From an uncultured Rhodospirillaceae bacterium (lineage in GTDB: Bacteria > Pseudomonadota > Alphaproteobacteria > Dongiales > Dongiaceae): a DNA stretch of 24,000 bases. A model generated the notes under the pieces. The model searched no databases. It was given only the letters and a program-made list of their open reading frames with translations, and was not told the DNA's origin. The translations under genes were made by a program, and so were the position numbers. The DNA is taken from NCBI GenBank assembly GCA_964569315.1, contig CAZMUZ010000018.1, positions 6,835-30,834 on the forward strand. Direction: 5' to 3'. Below are positions 6,832 through 15,293 of this stretch, piece after piece (the stretch's first letter is position 1; each line of letters opens with the position of its first letter).

Positions 6832-7911
6832 TCAGCGCGGCAGGATGTAGGCGCTCGCGGCGTCCCAGCCGAGGGCGAGCGCCTGTCCGGTCCCGAGATC
6901 GAGGCCGGCCACCTCGCGCTGCGGCTTCTGCACGCGGAACTCGAGGCCGGCGCCGGCCTCGACGAAGAGCGTCACGACCGAGCCGATGAACTGCTCGCTC
7001 ACCAGATTGCCGGAGACCCTGTTCTCCTGCGCCGCACCGCCGAGCCCGATGCCATCGGCGCTGACCACGTAATCCACCTCGTCCCCGGCCTTGATCCCGC
7101 GCCCGGCCGGCACGGTCGCCGAAAAGCGCCCGGCAGGCGTTGCGACCATGGCACGGTTGCCGTCGAGCGCCTCCACCTTGCCGGCGAGGATGTTGTTGGT
7201 GCCGACGAAGCCCGCCACGAAGCGGTTGACCGGGTTGCGATAGACGTCCTTCGCGGGCCCCGCCTGCTCTATCCGGCCGTTATTCATGATGACGACGCGG
7301 CTCGCCATGGCGAAGGCTTCGGACTGGCTGTGCGTCACGTAGAAGAAGGTGATCCCCAGCTCCCGGTGCAGGCGGATGAGCTCGGCCTGCATGCGGACCA
7401 CGAGATGGGCGTCGAGCGCACTCATCGGCTCGTCCAGCAGCAGGATCTCGGGCTCCGTCACGAGCGCGCGGGCGAGCGCCACGCGCTGCTTCTGGCCGCC
7501 GGAGAGCGTGCTCACGTCGCGGCCCGCGAACTCGCCGATGCCGAGCCGCTCCAGCCAGTGGAGCGCACGCTTGCGTCGCTCGGCGGCGCTCATGCCGCGC
7601 ATCTTGAGGCCGAACTCGACGTTCTTGAGCACGCTGAGAAACGGGAAGAGCGCGAGGCTCTGCCAGACCAGCGGCGTGTCGCGTTCCCAGGGCTTCACCT
7701 CGTTCATCAGGCGGCCGCGCAGCCGGATCTCGCCGGCGCTCGGCGCCTCAAGGCCCGCGATCATCCGCAGCGTCGTGGTCTTGCCGCAGCCGCTCGGGCC
7801 CATGATGGCGACGAACTCGCCCTTGTCGATCGCGAGATCGATGCCGCGCACGGCGACGGCCGCGCCGTAGCTCTTGGTGAGGCTGGATAGCGTCAGTAGC
7901 TGTTCAGCCAC
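6832..7911 (-). CDS. ABC transporter ATP-binding protein (PotA/spermidine-putrescine-type, with a C-terminal TOBE-like region)
   Basis: Walker A GPSGCGKTT, signature LSGGQKQRVALARAL, Walker B ILLLDEP. GTG start at 7911 overlaps the upstream permease stop by 8 nt. Confidence 0.9.
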   Translation of the reverse strand: MAEQLLTLSSLTKSYGAAVAVRGIDLAIDKGEFVAIMGPSGCGKTTTLRMIAGLEAPSAGEIRLRGRLMNEVKPWERDTPLVWQSLALFPFLSVLKNVEFGLKMRGMSAAERRKRALHWLERLGIGEFAGRDVSTLSGGQKQRVALARALVTEPEILLLDEPMSALDAHLVVRMQAELIRLHRELGITFFYVTHSQSEAFAMASRVVIMNNGRIEQAGPAKDVYRNPVNRFVAGFVGTNNILAGKVEALDGNRAMVATPAGRFSATVPAGRGIKAGDEVDYVVSADGIGLGGAAQENRVSGNLVSEQFIGSVVTLFVEAGAGLEFRVQKPQREVAGLDLGTGQALALGWDAASAYILPR

Positions 7912-8740
7912 GGGCAGGCTCCGTTGCTTGCGCTTCGCGGGACGCCAGCTTGCGGCGATCCGGATTGCGGATGATGAGGGCGACCTGCGCCAGAATCACC
8001 AGCAACATGGTGATGGTGAAGACGATGCTCCCGATCGCATTGATGCGCGGGCTGACCCGGCCCTGGAACAGGGCGAGGATCCGGACCGGCAGGGTCTCGT
8101 TGAAGCCCGAGACGAAGAAGGCGATGGCGAATTCGTCGAAGGAGACCGCCATGGTGATGAAGAGGGCGGAGAAGATCGACGGCAGGGCGAAAGGCAGGAT
8201 GATCTCGCGCATGGCGCGCCATTGGCTGGCGCCGAGATTCCAGGCCGCGGCCTCCAGGCTCGGATCCATCTGCGACAGCCGCAACCGGATGAGCGCCATG
8301 GCGAACGGCAGACAGAGCACGACATGGCTGACGATGACGGAATGGAGCTCGCCGAAGAGCCCGACCTGGGAAAGGAAGACGAGCATGGCAAGCCCGAGGA
8401 TCACCACCGGAATGGTCGGCGGCAGCAGCGCCAGCGCGAGATAGACGTTCTTGCCGAAGAAACGGTAGCGGAAATCGGTGTAGGCGGCCCCGAATCCGAG
8501 CACGGTCGAGAGCAACGAGACCGAAACGCCGATGATGAGGGTGTTGACGAGCGCCGGCAGGATCGTCGGATCGTCGGCGATCGCCTCGTACCATTCCGTG
8601 GTGAAGTCGCCGAGCGGCAAGGTCGGGAAGCGCTGCGAGTTGAAGGAGATGACGAAACTCACCACGATCGGCAGGAAGATGAAGCCGAAGACGAGGGCGA
8701 GATAGAGCCACAGCAGCGGATTGACGAAGCGTCCGCTCAT
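7904..8740 (-). CDS. ABC transporter permease (PotC-like)
   Basis: Start ATG at 8740 (MSGRFVNPLLWLY...) forms an ATGA overlap with the upstream permease stop. The protein is polytopic and hydrophobic with an EAA-loop-like segment LEAAAWNLGASQWRAMREIILP. Confidence 0.85.
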   Translation of the reverse strand: MSGRFVNPLLWLYLALVFGFIFLPIVVSFVISFNSQRFPTLPLGDFTTEWYEAIADDPTILPALVNTLIIGVSVSLLSTVLGFGAAYTDFRYRFFGKNVYLALALLPPTIPVVILGLAMLVFLSQVGLFGELHSVIVSHVVLCLPFAMALIRLRLSQMDPSLEAAAWNLGASQWRAMREIILPFALPSIFSALFITMAVSFDEFAIAFFVSGFNETLPVRILALFQGRVSPRINAIGSIVFTITMLLVILAQVALIIRNPDRRKLASREAQATEPARG

Positions 8741-9606
8741 GCGCGCTGCCCGCCCCGGCCATAGGCGAAGATGAGAGCGGCGAAGCAGATGACCAGCAAG
8801 GTCACCGCCATCATCACGGCGACGACCGAAGCCTCGGGCCAGTTCGCACCCGATTTCACCACGTCGAGGATGAGGATGCTCAAGGTCGGCGGCTTGCTGC
8901 CGCCGAGCAGCGTCGGGCCGACATAGTCGCCGAAAGCGAGGATGAAGGCGAAGGCGGCGGCCAGCACGAGCCCGATCTTGGCCGAGGGGATGATGACCTG
9001 GAACACGGTGCGGAGCGCGCCGCAGCCGAGATTGTGCGCCGCCTCCACCAGATTGCGATCGACATAGGCGAGGCTGAAGAGCTGCAGCAGGACGACCAGC
9101 GGCAGGACCAGCGTCAGGTAACCCACCATCGTGCCGAGGAGGTTGTTCACCATCAGAAACGGCCCCAGCCCCACGAAGCCGAACACCGCATTCACCATGC
9201 CGTTGCCGGTCAGGATGATCTTCCAGGTGTAGGTGCGGACGAGGTAGCTGGTGAAGAACGGCGTGATCAGCAGGAAGACCCCGAGCCAGCGCGTGTTGGT
9301 GCTGACCCGAAAGGCGAGGAAATAGGCGCAAGGGAAGGCCAGCAGGCTCGCCAGCGCCGCGGCCAGGAACCCGTAGAGACAGGTGCGGAAGTAGATGTCC
9401 CAGAAATAGCCGGCGGAGAGCAGCTTCGCCCAGTTATAGAAGCTGAAATCGGGCGTCACCCGGAAATTGACGACCACCCAGAAGCTCATCACCACCAGGA
9501 AGAGGAGCGGAGCGGCGAAGAAGGCGAGCTGCCAGACCAGCATCGGCAGGCCGAAGACGAGGCCGAAGGCGCGCGGCGCCCTCGCTCTTGCTGCCGTCGC
9601 CGGCAT
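8737..9606 (-). CDS. ABC transporter permease (PotB-like)
   Basis: Internal ATG at 9606 (MPATAARARAPRAFGLVFGLPMLVWQL...). The longer track ORF adds an Arg/Gly-rich non-membrane extension. EAA-like segment LVEAAHNLGCGALRTVFQVIIP. Confidence 0.8.
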   Translation of the reverse strand: MPATAARARAPRAFGLVFGLPMLVWQLAFFAAPLLFLVVMSFWVVVNFRVTPDFSFYNWAKLLSAGYFWDIYFRTCLYGFLAAALASLLAFPCAYFLAFRVSTNTRWLGVFLLITPFFTSYLVRTYTWKIILTGNGMVNAVFGFVGLGPFLMVNNLLGTMVGYLTLVLPLVVLLQLFSLAYVDRNLVEAAHNLGCGALRTVFQVIIPSAKIGLVLAAAFAFILAFGDYVGPTLLGGSKPPTLSILILDVVKSGANWPEASVVAVMMAVTLLVICFAALIFAYGRGGQRA

Positions 9607-9726
9607 GTGCCGCTCTGTCGTGGCTCCGCTGGACAATGCGGGATTCCCCTTCCGATCCGCCCCGATATCCTGTCGATCGCGCGCCGCGGGCCGCAGGGGC
9701 GAGCCGACCTGCCTGACGCCGCAGAC

Positions 9727-9755
9727 GGCGAGCCCCGGTTCGCCCGGGGCTCGCC
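9727..9755 (-). other. Intercistronic GC-rich stem-loop between the binding-protein and permease genes
   Basis: Perfect 12-bp stem GGCGAGCCCCGG / CCGGGGCTCGCC with a 5-nt loop and no U-tract. It lies in the 186-nt gap after the binding-protein stop at 9793. Confidence 0.5.
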
Positions 9756-9792
9756 TCACGCGGTTGTCGCTCTCGCGCTTCGTATGGCGCGA

Positions 9793-10935
9793 TTAGAGGT
9801 TCTTGAACTCGGTGAAGGCGTCGTTCCACTCGGTCAGCGACTGCTGTTTCGGCAGGTCGCGGATGAAGATCTTGCCTTCCTTGTACTCGTCCATGACGTT
9901 GCGCTGATCGAGCTGGTGCTGCAGGAGCTTCGCCCAGTCCGGATGCTGCTCGTTCAGCAGCGTCCAGCCCGCCTTGTTCGGGATCGAGCCCGAATAGGCG
10001 GGCTTGATCGCGATCCGCATCTGGCCTTCCGGCGACGCCATGTACTGGACGAACGCCTTGGCGAGATCCTGCTTGCTGCTGGTCTTGGCGATGCCCATCG
10101 CCTCGCTCCACTGCAGCCCGCCTTCGTCCGGCACGATGTCCTCGACCGGCACGTTCTCCTTCTTGAGCATGAGGGTGAGCCAGGCGCCGGTGCCCGGCAT
10201 GATCCAGGCTTCGCCCTGCGAGAGCATCGAGAAAGCCTGGGCGAAGGCGCCGATGCCGACGACCTGCGGCTTCAGGCTGAAGAGCGTGTCCTTGAGCTTC
10301 TCGAACTGCTCGGCGTTGATGTCGTAGGGCGGCTTGTTGCCGTTCGCGAGGCTAAGGCAGAGCATGGGCGGCAGGTACCAGTCGTACATGCCGACCTTCC
10401 CCTTCACCTTCTCGTTCCACATGATCTGGTAGGTCTTCATCTCGTCGGGCGACATATGCTCGGTGTTGTAGGTCATGCCGAGATAGCCGAAGCTCGTCAT
10501 CACCGCATACATCTTGTCGTCGGCCCACAGGCCCGGGAAATTCTGGAACTCGGGCCAGAACTCGTCGATGTGGTAGTCTGCCGGATCGAGCGTCTCGAGC
10601 ACGTCGGCCTGCCGCAGCATCTCGACATACTCGGCGTCGCTCAGCACCACGTCGAAGGTGCCTGGAGGCGACGAGTTGAGAAGCGCCAGCATGTTGTCGC
10701 CGCCGGTATATTCCTTGCCGACGATCTTGACCCCATGCGCCTGCTCGAATGGACCGACGACCGACGGGTCGGTATAGCCCGGCCAGCTCAGCAGCGTGAG
10801 TACCTCCTCCGCGCGGCCGCTCTTCGGCAGGGCGGAGGCCGCGACTGCGCCGCCGATCGTGGCGGCGGCGCCTTTCAACATCTTGCGCCGGCTCATCTCG
10901 CCGACGAACTGGCCTGGTGATATTCCGCGAAACAT
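9793..10935 (-). CDS. ABC transporter periplasmic substrate-binding protein (PotD/PotF family), Tat-like signal peptide
   Basis: ATG at 10935 with GGGAGGAA 7-8 nt upstream. The N-terminus MFRGISPGQFVGEMSRRKMLKGAAATIGGAVAASALP is twin-arginine-like, and an alternative start exists at 10896. The mature protein begins EEVLTLLSWPGYTDP, typical of the family. Confidence 0.85.
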   Translation of the reverse strand: MFRGISPGQFVGEMSRRKMLKGAAATIGGAVAASALPKSGRAEEVLTLLSWPGYTDPSVVGPFEQAHGVKIVGKEYTGGDNMLALLNSSPPGTFDVVLSDAEYVEMLRQADVLETLDPADYHIDEFWPEFQNFPGLWADDKMYAVMTSFGYLGMTYNTEHMSPDEMKTYQIMWNEKVKGKVGMYDWYLPPMLCLSLANGNKPPYDINAEQFEKLKDTLFSLKPQVVGIGAFAQAFSMLSQGEAWIMPGTGAWLTLMLKKENVPVEDIVPDEGGLQWSEAMGIAKTSSKQDLAKAFVQYMASPEGQMRIAIKPAYSGSIPNKAGWTLLNEQHPDWAKLLQHQLDQRNVMDEYKEGKIFIRDLPKQQSLTEWNDAFTEFKNL

Positions 10936-10968
10936 CTCGAATTCCTCCCTGTCTTCTCGGTTGCGTGC

Positions 10969-11066
10969 CCGGCATTGCGCCGGGCGCCGCCGCGCCGTTT
11001 TGTTATGACGGTCGCTGAGCCTACCCGCCTCGGATCGGGCGTCCAAATTATTAGCGGCAATGCCGG
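10969..11066. repeat. 10-bp perfect inverted repeat pair in the divergent control region
   Basis: CCGGCATTGC (10969-10978) and GCAATGCCGG (11057-11066). Each lies within a local palindrome (CCCGGCATTGCGCCGGG and CGGCAATGCCG). Confidence 0.6.
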
Positions 11067-11131
11067 TATTTGAATAGCCAATCGGCTGAGGTCTTGCCCT
11101 CCCGCATGAATCCGGCGAGGATTCGTTCTTG

Positions 11132-11147
11132 TTGACAATACAGTCAA
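11132..11147 (+). promoter_or_regulatory. Dyad TTGAC-N6-GTCAA abutting the creatininase Shine-Dalgarno sequence
   Basis: TTGACAATACAGTCAA at 11132-11147. AAGGAG at 11146-11151 and ATG at 11158. This could be an operator or an RNA hairpin occluding the SD. Confidence 0.3.
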
Positions 11148-11157
11148 GGAGCGGGCC

Positions 11158-11976
11158 ATGGCCGAAAGCGTCAGAATTGCCGAGATTCCGTGGACCAGCT
11201 ACGAGAAGCGCATCCGCGGGGGCGACGGCCTCGTCCTTCTGCCGGTCGGCTCGCTGGAGCAGCATGGGCCCCATCTGCCGCTGAACTGCGACATCGCCAT
11301 CCCGACCGCCATTTCCGAGCGGGTCGCGCAGCGGATCGACGGGCTCGTGGCCCCCACCATCGCCTATGGCTACAAGTCCCAGCCCAAGATGGGCGGCGGG
11401 CAGCATTTCCCGGGCACCACCAGCCTCGACGCCATGACCCTCATCTACACCGTGCGCGACGTGATCAAGGAGTTCGCGCGGCACGGCGTACGCAAGATGG
11501 CCGTGGTCGTGGGGCACTACGAGAACACGATGTTCACGATCGAGGGCATCGATCTCGCGCTGCGCGACTTGCGGGCCGACGGCGTCCAGGACATGAAGAT
11601 CGTGCGCGCCGACTATTGGGACTTCACCAGCCAGCAGACCATCGAGAAGGTCTGGACCGAAGGCTTCCCCGGCTGGGCGACCGACCATGCCGGCGTGATG
11701 GAGACCTCGATCATGCTGCATCTCCATCCGGAGCTGGTCGATATGGAGCAGTGCCCGATGCATCCGCCGGCGCAGTTCCCGCCCTATGACGTCTATCCGA
11801 TCAATCCGGCCTGGGTCCCGGCCGACGGTGCGCTCTGCTCGCCGAAGGTGGCGACCGCCGCCAAGGGCAAGATCATGATCGACGAGTTCACCGCCGAGAT
11901 CTCGAAGGCCCTCAAGGGCGAGTTCCAGCTCCGCGAAGGCGGCGGCCAGAGCAAGGCGAAGCGCGCCGCGGAGTAG
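11158..11976 (+). CDS. crnA: Creatinine amidohydrolase (creatininase)
   Basis: Aligns by eye along its length with my memory of Pseudomonas putida creatininase. Metal-ligand blocks GSLEQHGPHLPL, GHYEN and DHAGVMETS are present, as are YGYKSQPKMGGGQHFPGTTSLD and PPYDVYP. Confidence 0.88.
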   Translation: MAESVRIAEIPWTSYEKRIRGGDGLVLLPVGSLEQHGPHLPLNCDIAIPTAISERVAQRIDGLVAPTIAYGYKSQPKMGGGQHFPGTTSLDAMTLIYTVRDVIKEFARHGVRKMAVVVGHYENTMFTIEGIDLALRDLRADGVQDMKIVRADYWDFTSQQTIEKVWTEGFPGWATDHAGVMETSIMLHLHPELVDMEQCPMHPPAQFPPYDVYPINPAWVPADGALCSPKVATAAKGKIMIDEFTAEISKALKGEFQLREGGGQSKAKRAAE

Positions 11977-12019
11977 CTTCCCGCGACTGCCGAACGCCGA
12001 TCGGCAGGATCGAAAGCAG

Positions 12020-12054
12020 GAGAGCCGGGCGATGCCGCCCGGCTCTCTTTTTTC
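12020..12054. terminator. Intrinsic terminator shared by the convergent creatininase and creatinase genes
   Basis: 12-bp stem GAGAGCCGGGCG / CGCCCGGCTCTC with a 4-nt loop. TTTTTTC follows on the + strand. The - strand tail CTGCTTTCG is weaker. Confidence 0.75.
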
Positions 12055-12082
12055 TTTCCATGGGTCCGGAAGGATCCGGCCG

Positions 12083-13291
12083 TTACTTCTTGATGATGTT
12101 CTTCTCGGGGCCGAAGGGGAACTTCGTGATGTTCTCGGCGCCCTTCTCCTGCACCACCAGGATGTCGTGCTCGCGATAGCCGCCGGCCCCGGGCTGGCCC
12201 TCGGGCAGCATGATCATCGGCTCCATCGAGACCACCATGTTGGGCACCAGCACGGTCTCGATGTCCTCGCGCAGCTCGAGCCCCGCCTCGCGGCCGTAAT
12301 AGTGGCAGAGCACGCCGAAGCTGTGGCCGTAGCCGAAGGTCCGGTGCTGCAGCACGCCCTCGGCGGCGTAGATCTCGTTCAGCTCCTTGGCGATGTCGCT
12401 GCAGCGCGCACCCGGCTTGATGAGCTCGAGGCCGCGGCGATGCACCTTGACGTTGATCTCCCAGAGCTTGCGATGGGCGTCGCTGCAATGATCGAGGAAG
12501 AGCGTGCGCTCGAGCGCCGTGTAATAGCCCGCGATCATCGGGAAGCAGTTGAGGCTGAGGATGTCGCCCTTCTGCAGCTTCCGCGCGGTGACGGGGTTGT
12601 GGGCGCCGTCGGTATTGATGCCGGACTGAAACCAGGTCCAGGTATCCATCAGTTCGCCATGCGGAAAGGTGCGGCCGATCTCCCGCACCATCGCCTGGGT
12701 GGCATGGAGCGCCACCTCGTATTCCGGCACGCCCTCGCCCATCGCCTCGACGCAGGCGGCCCCGCCGATGTCGGCCGTGCGGGCGCCGTGCCGGATGATG
12801 ACGATCTCCTCGTCCGACTTCACCATGCGCAGGCCCATGGCGGCGCGGCTGATATCGACCAGCTCCACGCCCGGCAGCGCCGCCTCGATCTTCCGCTTGG
12901 TGTCGAGATTCATGTGATCGAACTCGACGCCGAGCCGGCCCTTGTTCGGGATCAACTCCTGCAGGGCGCGGATATAGTTGTCGCGCTGCCAGTCGGTGTA
13001 GACGAGATTGTCGTCGCCCACCGTGCGGCGCCAGGGCTGGCCCGCATCGATGTTGGCGCTGACCGTCGTCACCTTGTCGCCCGTGACGACGCAGCCGAAG
13101 GGCCGCCCGAACGAGCAATAGAGGAAATCGGTGAAGTAGTTGATGTTGTGATAGGAGGTGAACAGCGCCGTGTCGATCGAGCGCTCGCCCATCGTCTTGC
13201 GCAGCTTCGATTGGCGATTCTTGTACTCCGCCTCCGAGAAGGTGTGCTTGACCTTCTGGCCGTTGCGGATCCGTTTCAGCGATTCCAGCAT
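12083..13291 (-). CDS. Creatinase (creatine amidinohydrolase, M24 pita-bread fold)
   Basis: From the ATG at 13291 (MLESLKRIRNGQKV..., GGGGA 7 nt upstream) the 402-aa product matches my memory of P. putida creatinase almost block for block. Matching blocks include FTSYHNINYFTDFLYCSFGRP, SANIDAGQPWRRTVG, WTWFQSGINTDGAHNPVT, NCFPMIAGYYTALERTLFLDHCSD, RTFGYGHSFG and GAENITKFPFGPEKNII. Confidence 0.92.
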   Translation of the reverse strand: MLESLKRIRNGQKVKHTFSEAEYKNRQSKLRKTMGERSIDTALFTSYHNINYFTDFLYCSFGRPFGCVVTGDKVTTVSANIDAGQPWRRTVGDDNLVYTDWQRDNYIRALQELIPNKGRLGVEFDHMNLDTKRKIEAALPGVELVDISRAAMGLRMVKSDEEIVIIRHGARTADIGGAACVEAMGEGVPEYEVALHATQAMVREIGRTFPHGELMDTWTWFQSGINTDGAHNPVTARKLQKGDILSLNCFPMIAGYYTALERTLFLDHCSDAHRKLWEINVKVHRRGLELIKPGARCSDIAKELNEIYAAEGVLQHRTFGYGHSFGVLCHYYGREAGLELREDIETVLVPNMVVSMEPMIMLPEGQPGAGGYREHDILVVQEKGAENITKFPFGPEKNIIKK

Positions 13292-13374
13292 GATCTGTCC
13301 CCGATAAAGCCGCCGCCGCAGGGGCGCGGCCGAGGCGGGGGAGTTTCCGGGCTCGGCCGCCGGGAGGCAAATCA

Positions 13375-13399
13375 ATTGGCCTAATGACCGGATTGGCCT
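13375..13399. repeat. Direct repeat ATTGGCCT x2 in the AT-rich patch upstream of creatinase
   Basis: ATTGGCCT at 13375-13382 and 13392-13399. Read on the gene strand, these are AGGCCAAT about 80-110 nt upstream of the creatinase ATG. Confidence 0.5.
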
Positions 13400-13435
13400 C
13401 GATTATTGCGCGGCCGCTCTTCTCGCGCCCGAAAC

Positions 13436-15265
13436 TCAGGAAGCGGCCGGAATGGTGCGCTCCGCGGGCGTTTCCTGCAGCCCGAACTGCAGCAGCGCCA
13501 GGCGGCGATAGAGCCCGTCCTCGCGCAGAAGATCGGCATGGCGCCCGGTCGACACGATCCGGCCGGCATCGAGCACGACGATACGGTCCGCCTTCAGCAC
13601 GGTCGCGAGCCGGTGCGCGATGACGAGGGTGGTGCGGCCGATCATCAGCCGGTCGAGCGCTTCCTGCACCACCCGCTCGCTTTCGGCATCGAGCGCGCTC
13701 GTCGCCTCGTCCAGCAGCAGCACGGCCGGATTGCGAAGGATCGCCCGCGCGATCGCCACGCGCTGGCGCTGGCCGCCGGAAAGCCGGACTCCCCGCTCGC
13801 CGAGCTCGGTATCGAAGCCCTGCGGCAGCAGCCCGACGAACTCCATCACATGGGCGGCGCGCGCCGCCGCCTCCACCTCGGCATCGCTCGCTTCCGGGCG
13901 CCCGTAGCGGATGTTCTCGCGAAGGCTCGCCGAGAACACGACGGCCTCCTGCGACACCAGCCCCAGACGGTTGCGCAGCTCGGCCAGCGCCACCCGGCGG
14001 ATATCGACGCCGTCGAGCTCGATGCCGCCGGCCTGCGGGTCGTAAAAGCGCAACAGCAACTGGAAGAGCGTCGTCTTGCCGGCGCCCGAGGGGCCGACGA
14101 AGGCGATGGTCTCGCCCGGCCGCACGGCGAGATCGATCCCGTCGAGCGCGGCCGCGTCCGGTCGGCTCGGATAGGTGAAGCTCAACGCGCGAAACCGCAC
14201 CTCGCCGCGCGGCGGGACCGGCAGCGGCACGGGCACGGCCGGCGGGGTCACGTGCGACTCGACCGTCAACAGCTCCTCGAGCCGCTCCATGGCGCCGGCC
14301 GCCCGTTGCAGGTCGCCATAGACCTCGGTGATGGCGCCGACCGAGCCGGCCACGACGATGGCGTAGAACACGAAGGCGGAAAGCTGGCCGGAGCTGATCC
14401 GTCCGGCCAGCACGTCATGGCCGCCGACCCAGAGGATGCCGCTGATGGCGGTGAAGACGAGGAAGATCACGAGGCCCGACAGCATGCCGCGGATGCGGAT
14501 GCGCGCGATCGCGCTGCGAAAGGCGTCCTCGACCCGATCGGCGAAGCGGCGGCGATCGAAGGGCTCGTGGCCGAAGGCCTGGACGGTGCGGATCTCCTGC
14601 AGCACCTCGTTGGCCGACGCGCTGACGTCGGCGATCCGGTCCTGCGCCACGCGCGAGAGCCGGCGCACCATGCGGCCGAAGAGGATCAACGGCAGCAGCA
14701 CGAGCGGCACGACCAGGAAGACGAGGCCGGTGAGCTTGGCGCTCGTGATGGCGAGCATCACCGTGCCGCCGATGAAGAGCAGCAGGTTGCGGAGCGCCGT
14801 CGAGGCGGAGGAACCGATCACCACCTGGATGAGCGTCGTGTCGGTCGTGAGCCGCGACAGCACCTCGCCGGTCCGGGTGGTCTCGAAGAATTCGGGACTG
14901 AGCCGGATCACGTTGTCGAAGACCGCGCGCCGCAGATCGGCGACCACACGCTCGCCGATCCAGGAGACCAGCGAGAAGCGCGCATAGGTCGCGACGGCGA
15001 GAAGCGTCGTGACGCCGATCATCGCGATCACGGCCTGGTCCAGCAGCCGCTTGTCGCCGCCGACGAAGCCGTTATCGACCAGCATGCGGAGGCCTTGCCC
15101 CAGCGCCAGCACCGTGCCGGCGGCGACCACCAGCGCCAGCAGCGCGCCCAGGACCTGCAGCCGATAGGGCCGCAGCGAGACGAGCAGCGGCTTCAGCACG
15201 CCGAGCGCCCGGCCCTTCGGCCGCTGCGAGGCGCGTGCCGCCGACATCGGGGGGAGAAAGGTCAT
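13436..15265 (-). CDS. Fused ABC exporter (N-terminal 6-TM domain plus C-terminal ATPase, MsbA/Atm1-like type)
   Basis: 609 aa with a hydrophobic N-terminal half. Walker A GPSGAGKTT, signature LSGGQRQRVAIARA, Walker B VLLLDEATSALD. ATG at 15265, with an alternative at 15247. Confidence 0.88.
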   Translation of the reverse strand: MTFLPPMSAARASQRPKGRALGVLKPLLVSLRPYRLQVLGALLALVVAAGTVLALGQGLRMLVDNGFVGGDKRLLDQAVIAMIGVTTLLAVATYARFSLVSWIGERVVADLRRAVFDNVIRLSPEFFETTRTGEVLSRLTTDTTLIQVVIGSSASTALRNLLLFIGGTVMLAITSAKLTGLVFLVVPLVLLPLILFGRMVRRLSRVAQDRIADVSASANEVLQEIRTVQAFGHEPFDRRRFADRVEDAFRSAIARIRIRGMLSGLVIFLVFTAISGILWVGGHDVLAGRISSGQLSAFVFYAIVVAGSVGAITEVYGDLQRAAGAMERLEELLTVESHVTPPAVPVPLPVPPRGEVRFRALSFTYPSRPDAAALDGIDLAVRPGETIAFVGPSGAGKTTLFQLLLRFYDPQAGGIELDGVDIRRVALAELRNRLGLVSQEAVVFSASLRENIRYGRPEASDAEVEAAARAAHVMEFVGLLPQGFDTELGERGVRLSGGQRQRVAIARAILRNPAVLLLDEATSALDAESERVVQEALDRLMIGRTTLVIAHRLATVLKADRIVVLDAGRIVSTGRHADLLREDGLYRRLALLQFGLQETPAERTIPAAS

Positions 15266-15293
15266 GCGACGGTCCGCTCTGCCCGCACGGGGA

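Noticed and set aside
9034-10920. 628-aa plus-strand ORF opposite the permease and binding-protein genes, and the similar ORFs 7874..8764 (+), 7893..8762 (-, alternate frame), 12032..13384 (+), 13406..15457 (+), 16198..17760 (+), 19620..21044 (+) and 19678..21051 (-)
   Set aside because: All lie antisense to, or in an alternate frame of, genes with strong motif support. Their translations are Arg/His/Asp/Gly-rich and carry no recognisable signatures.
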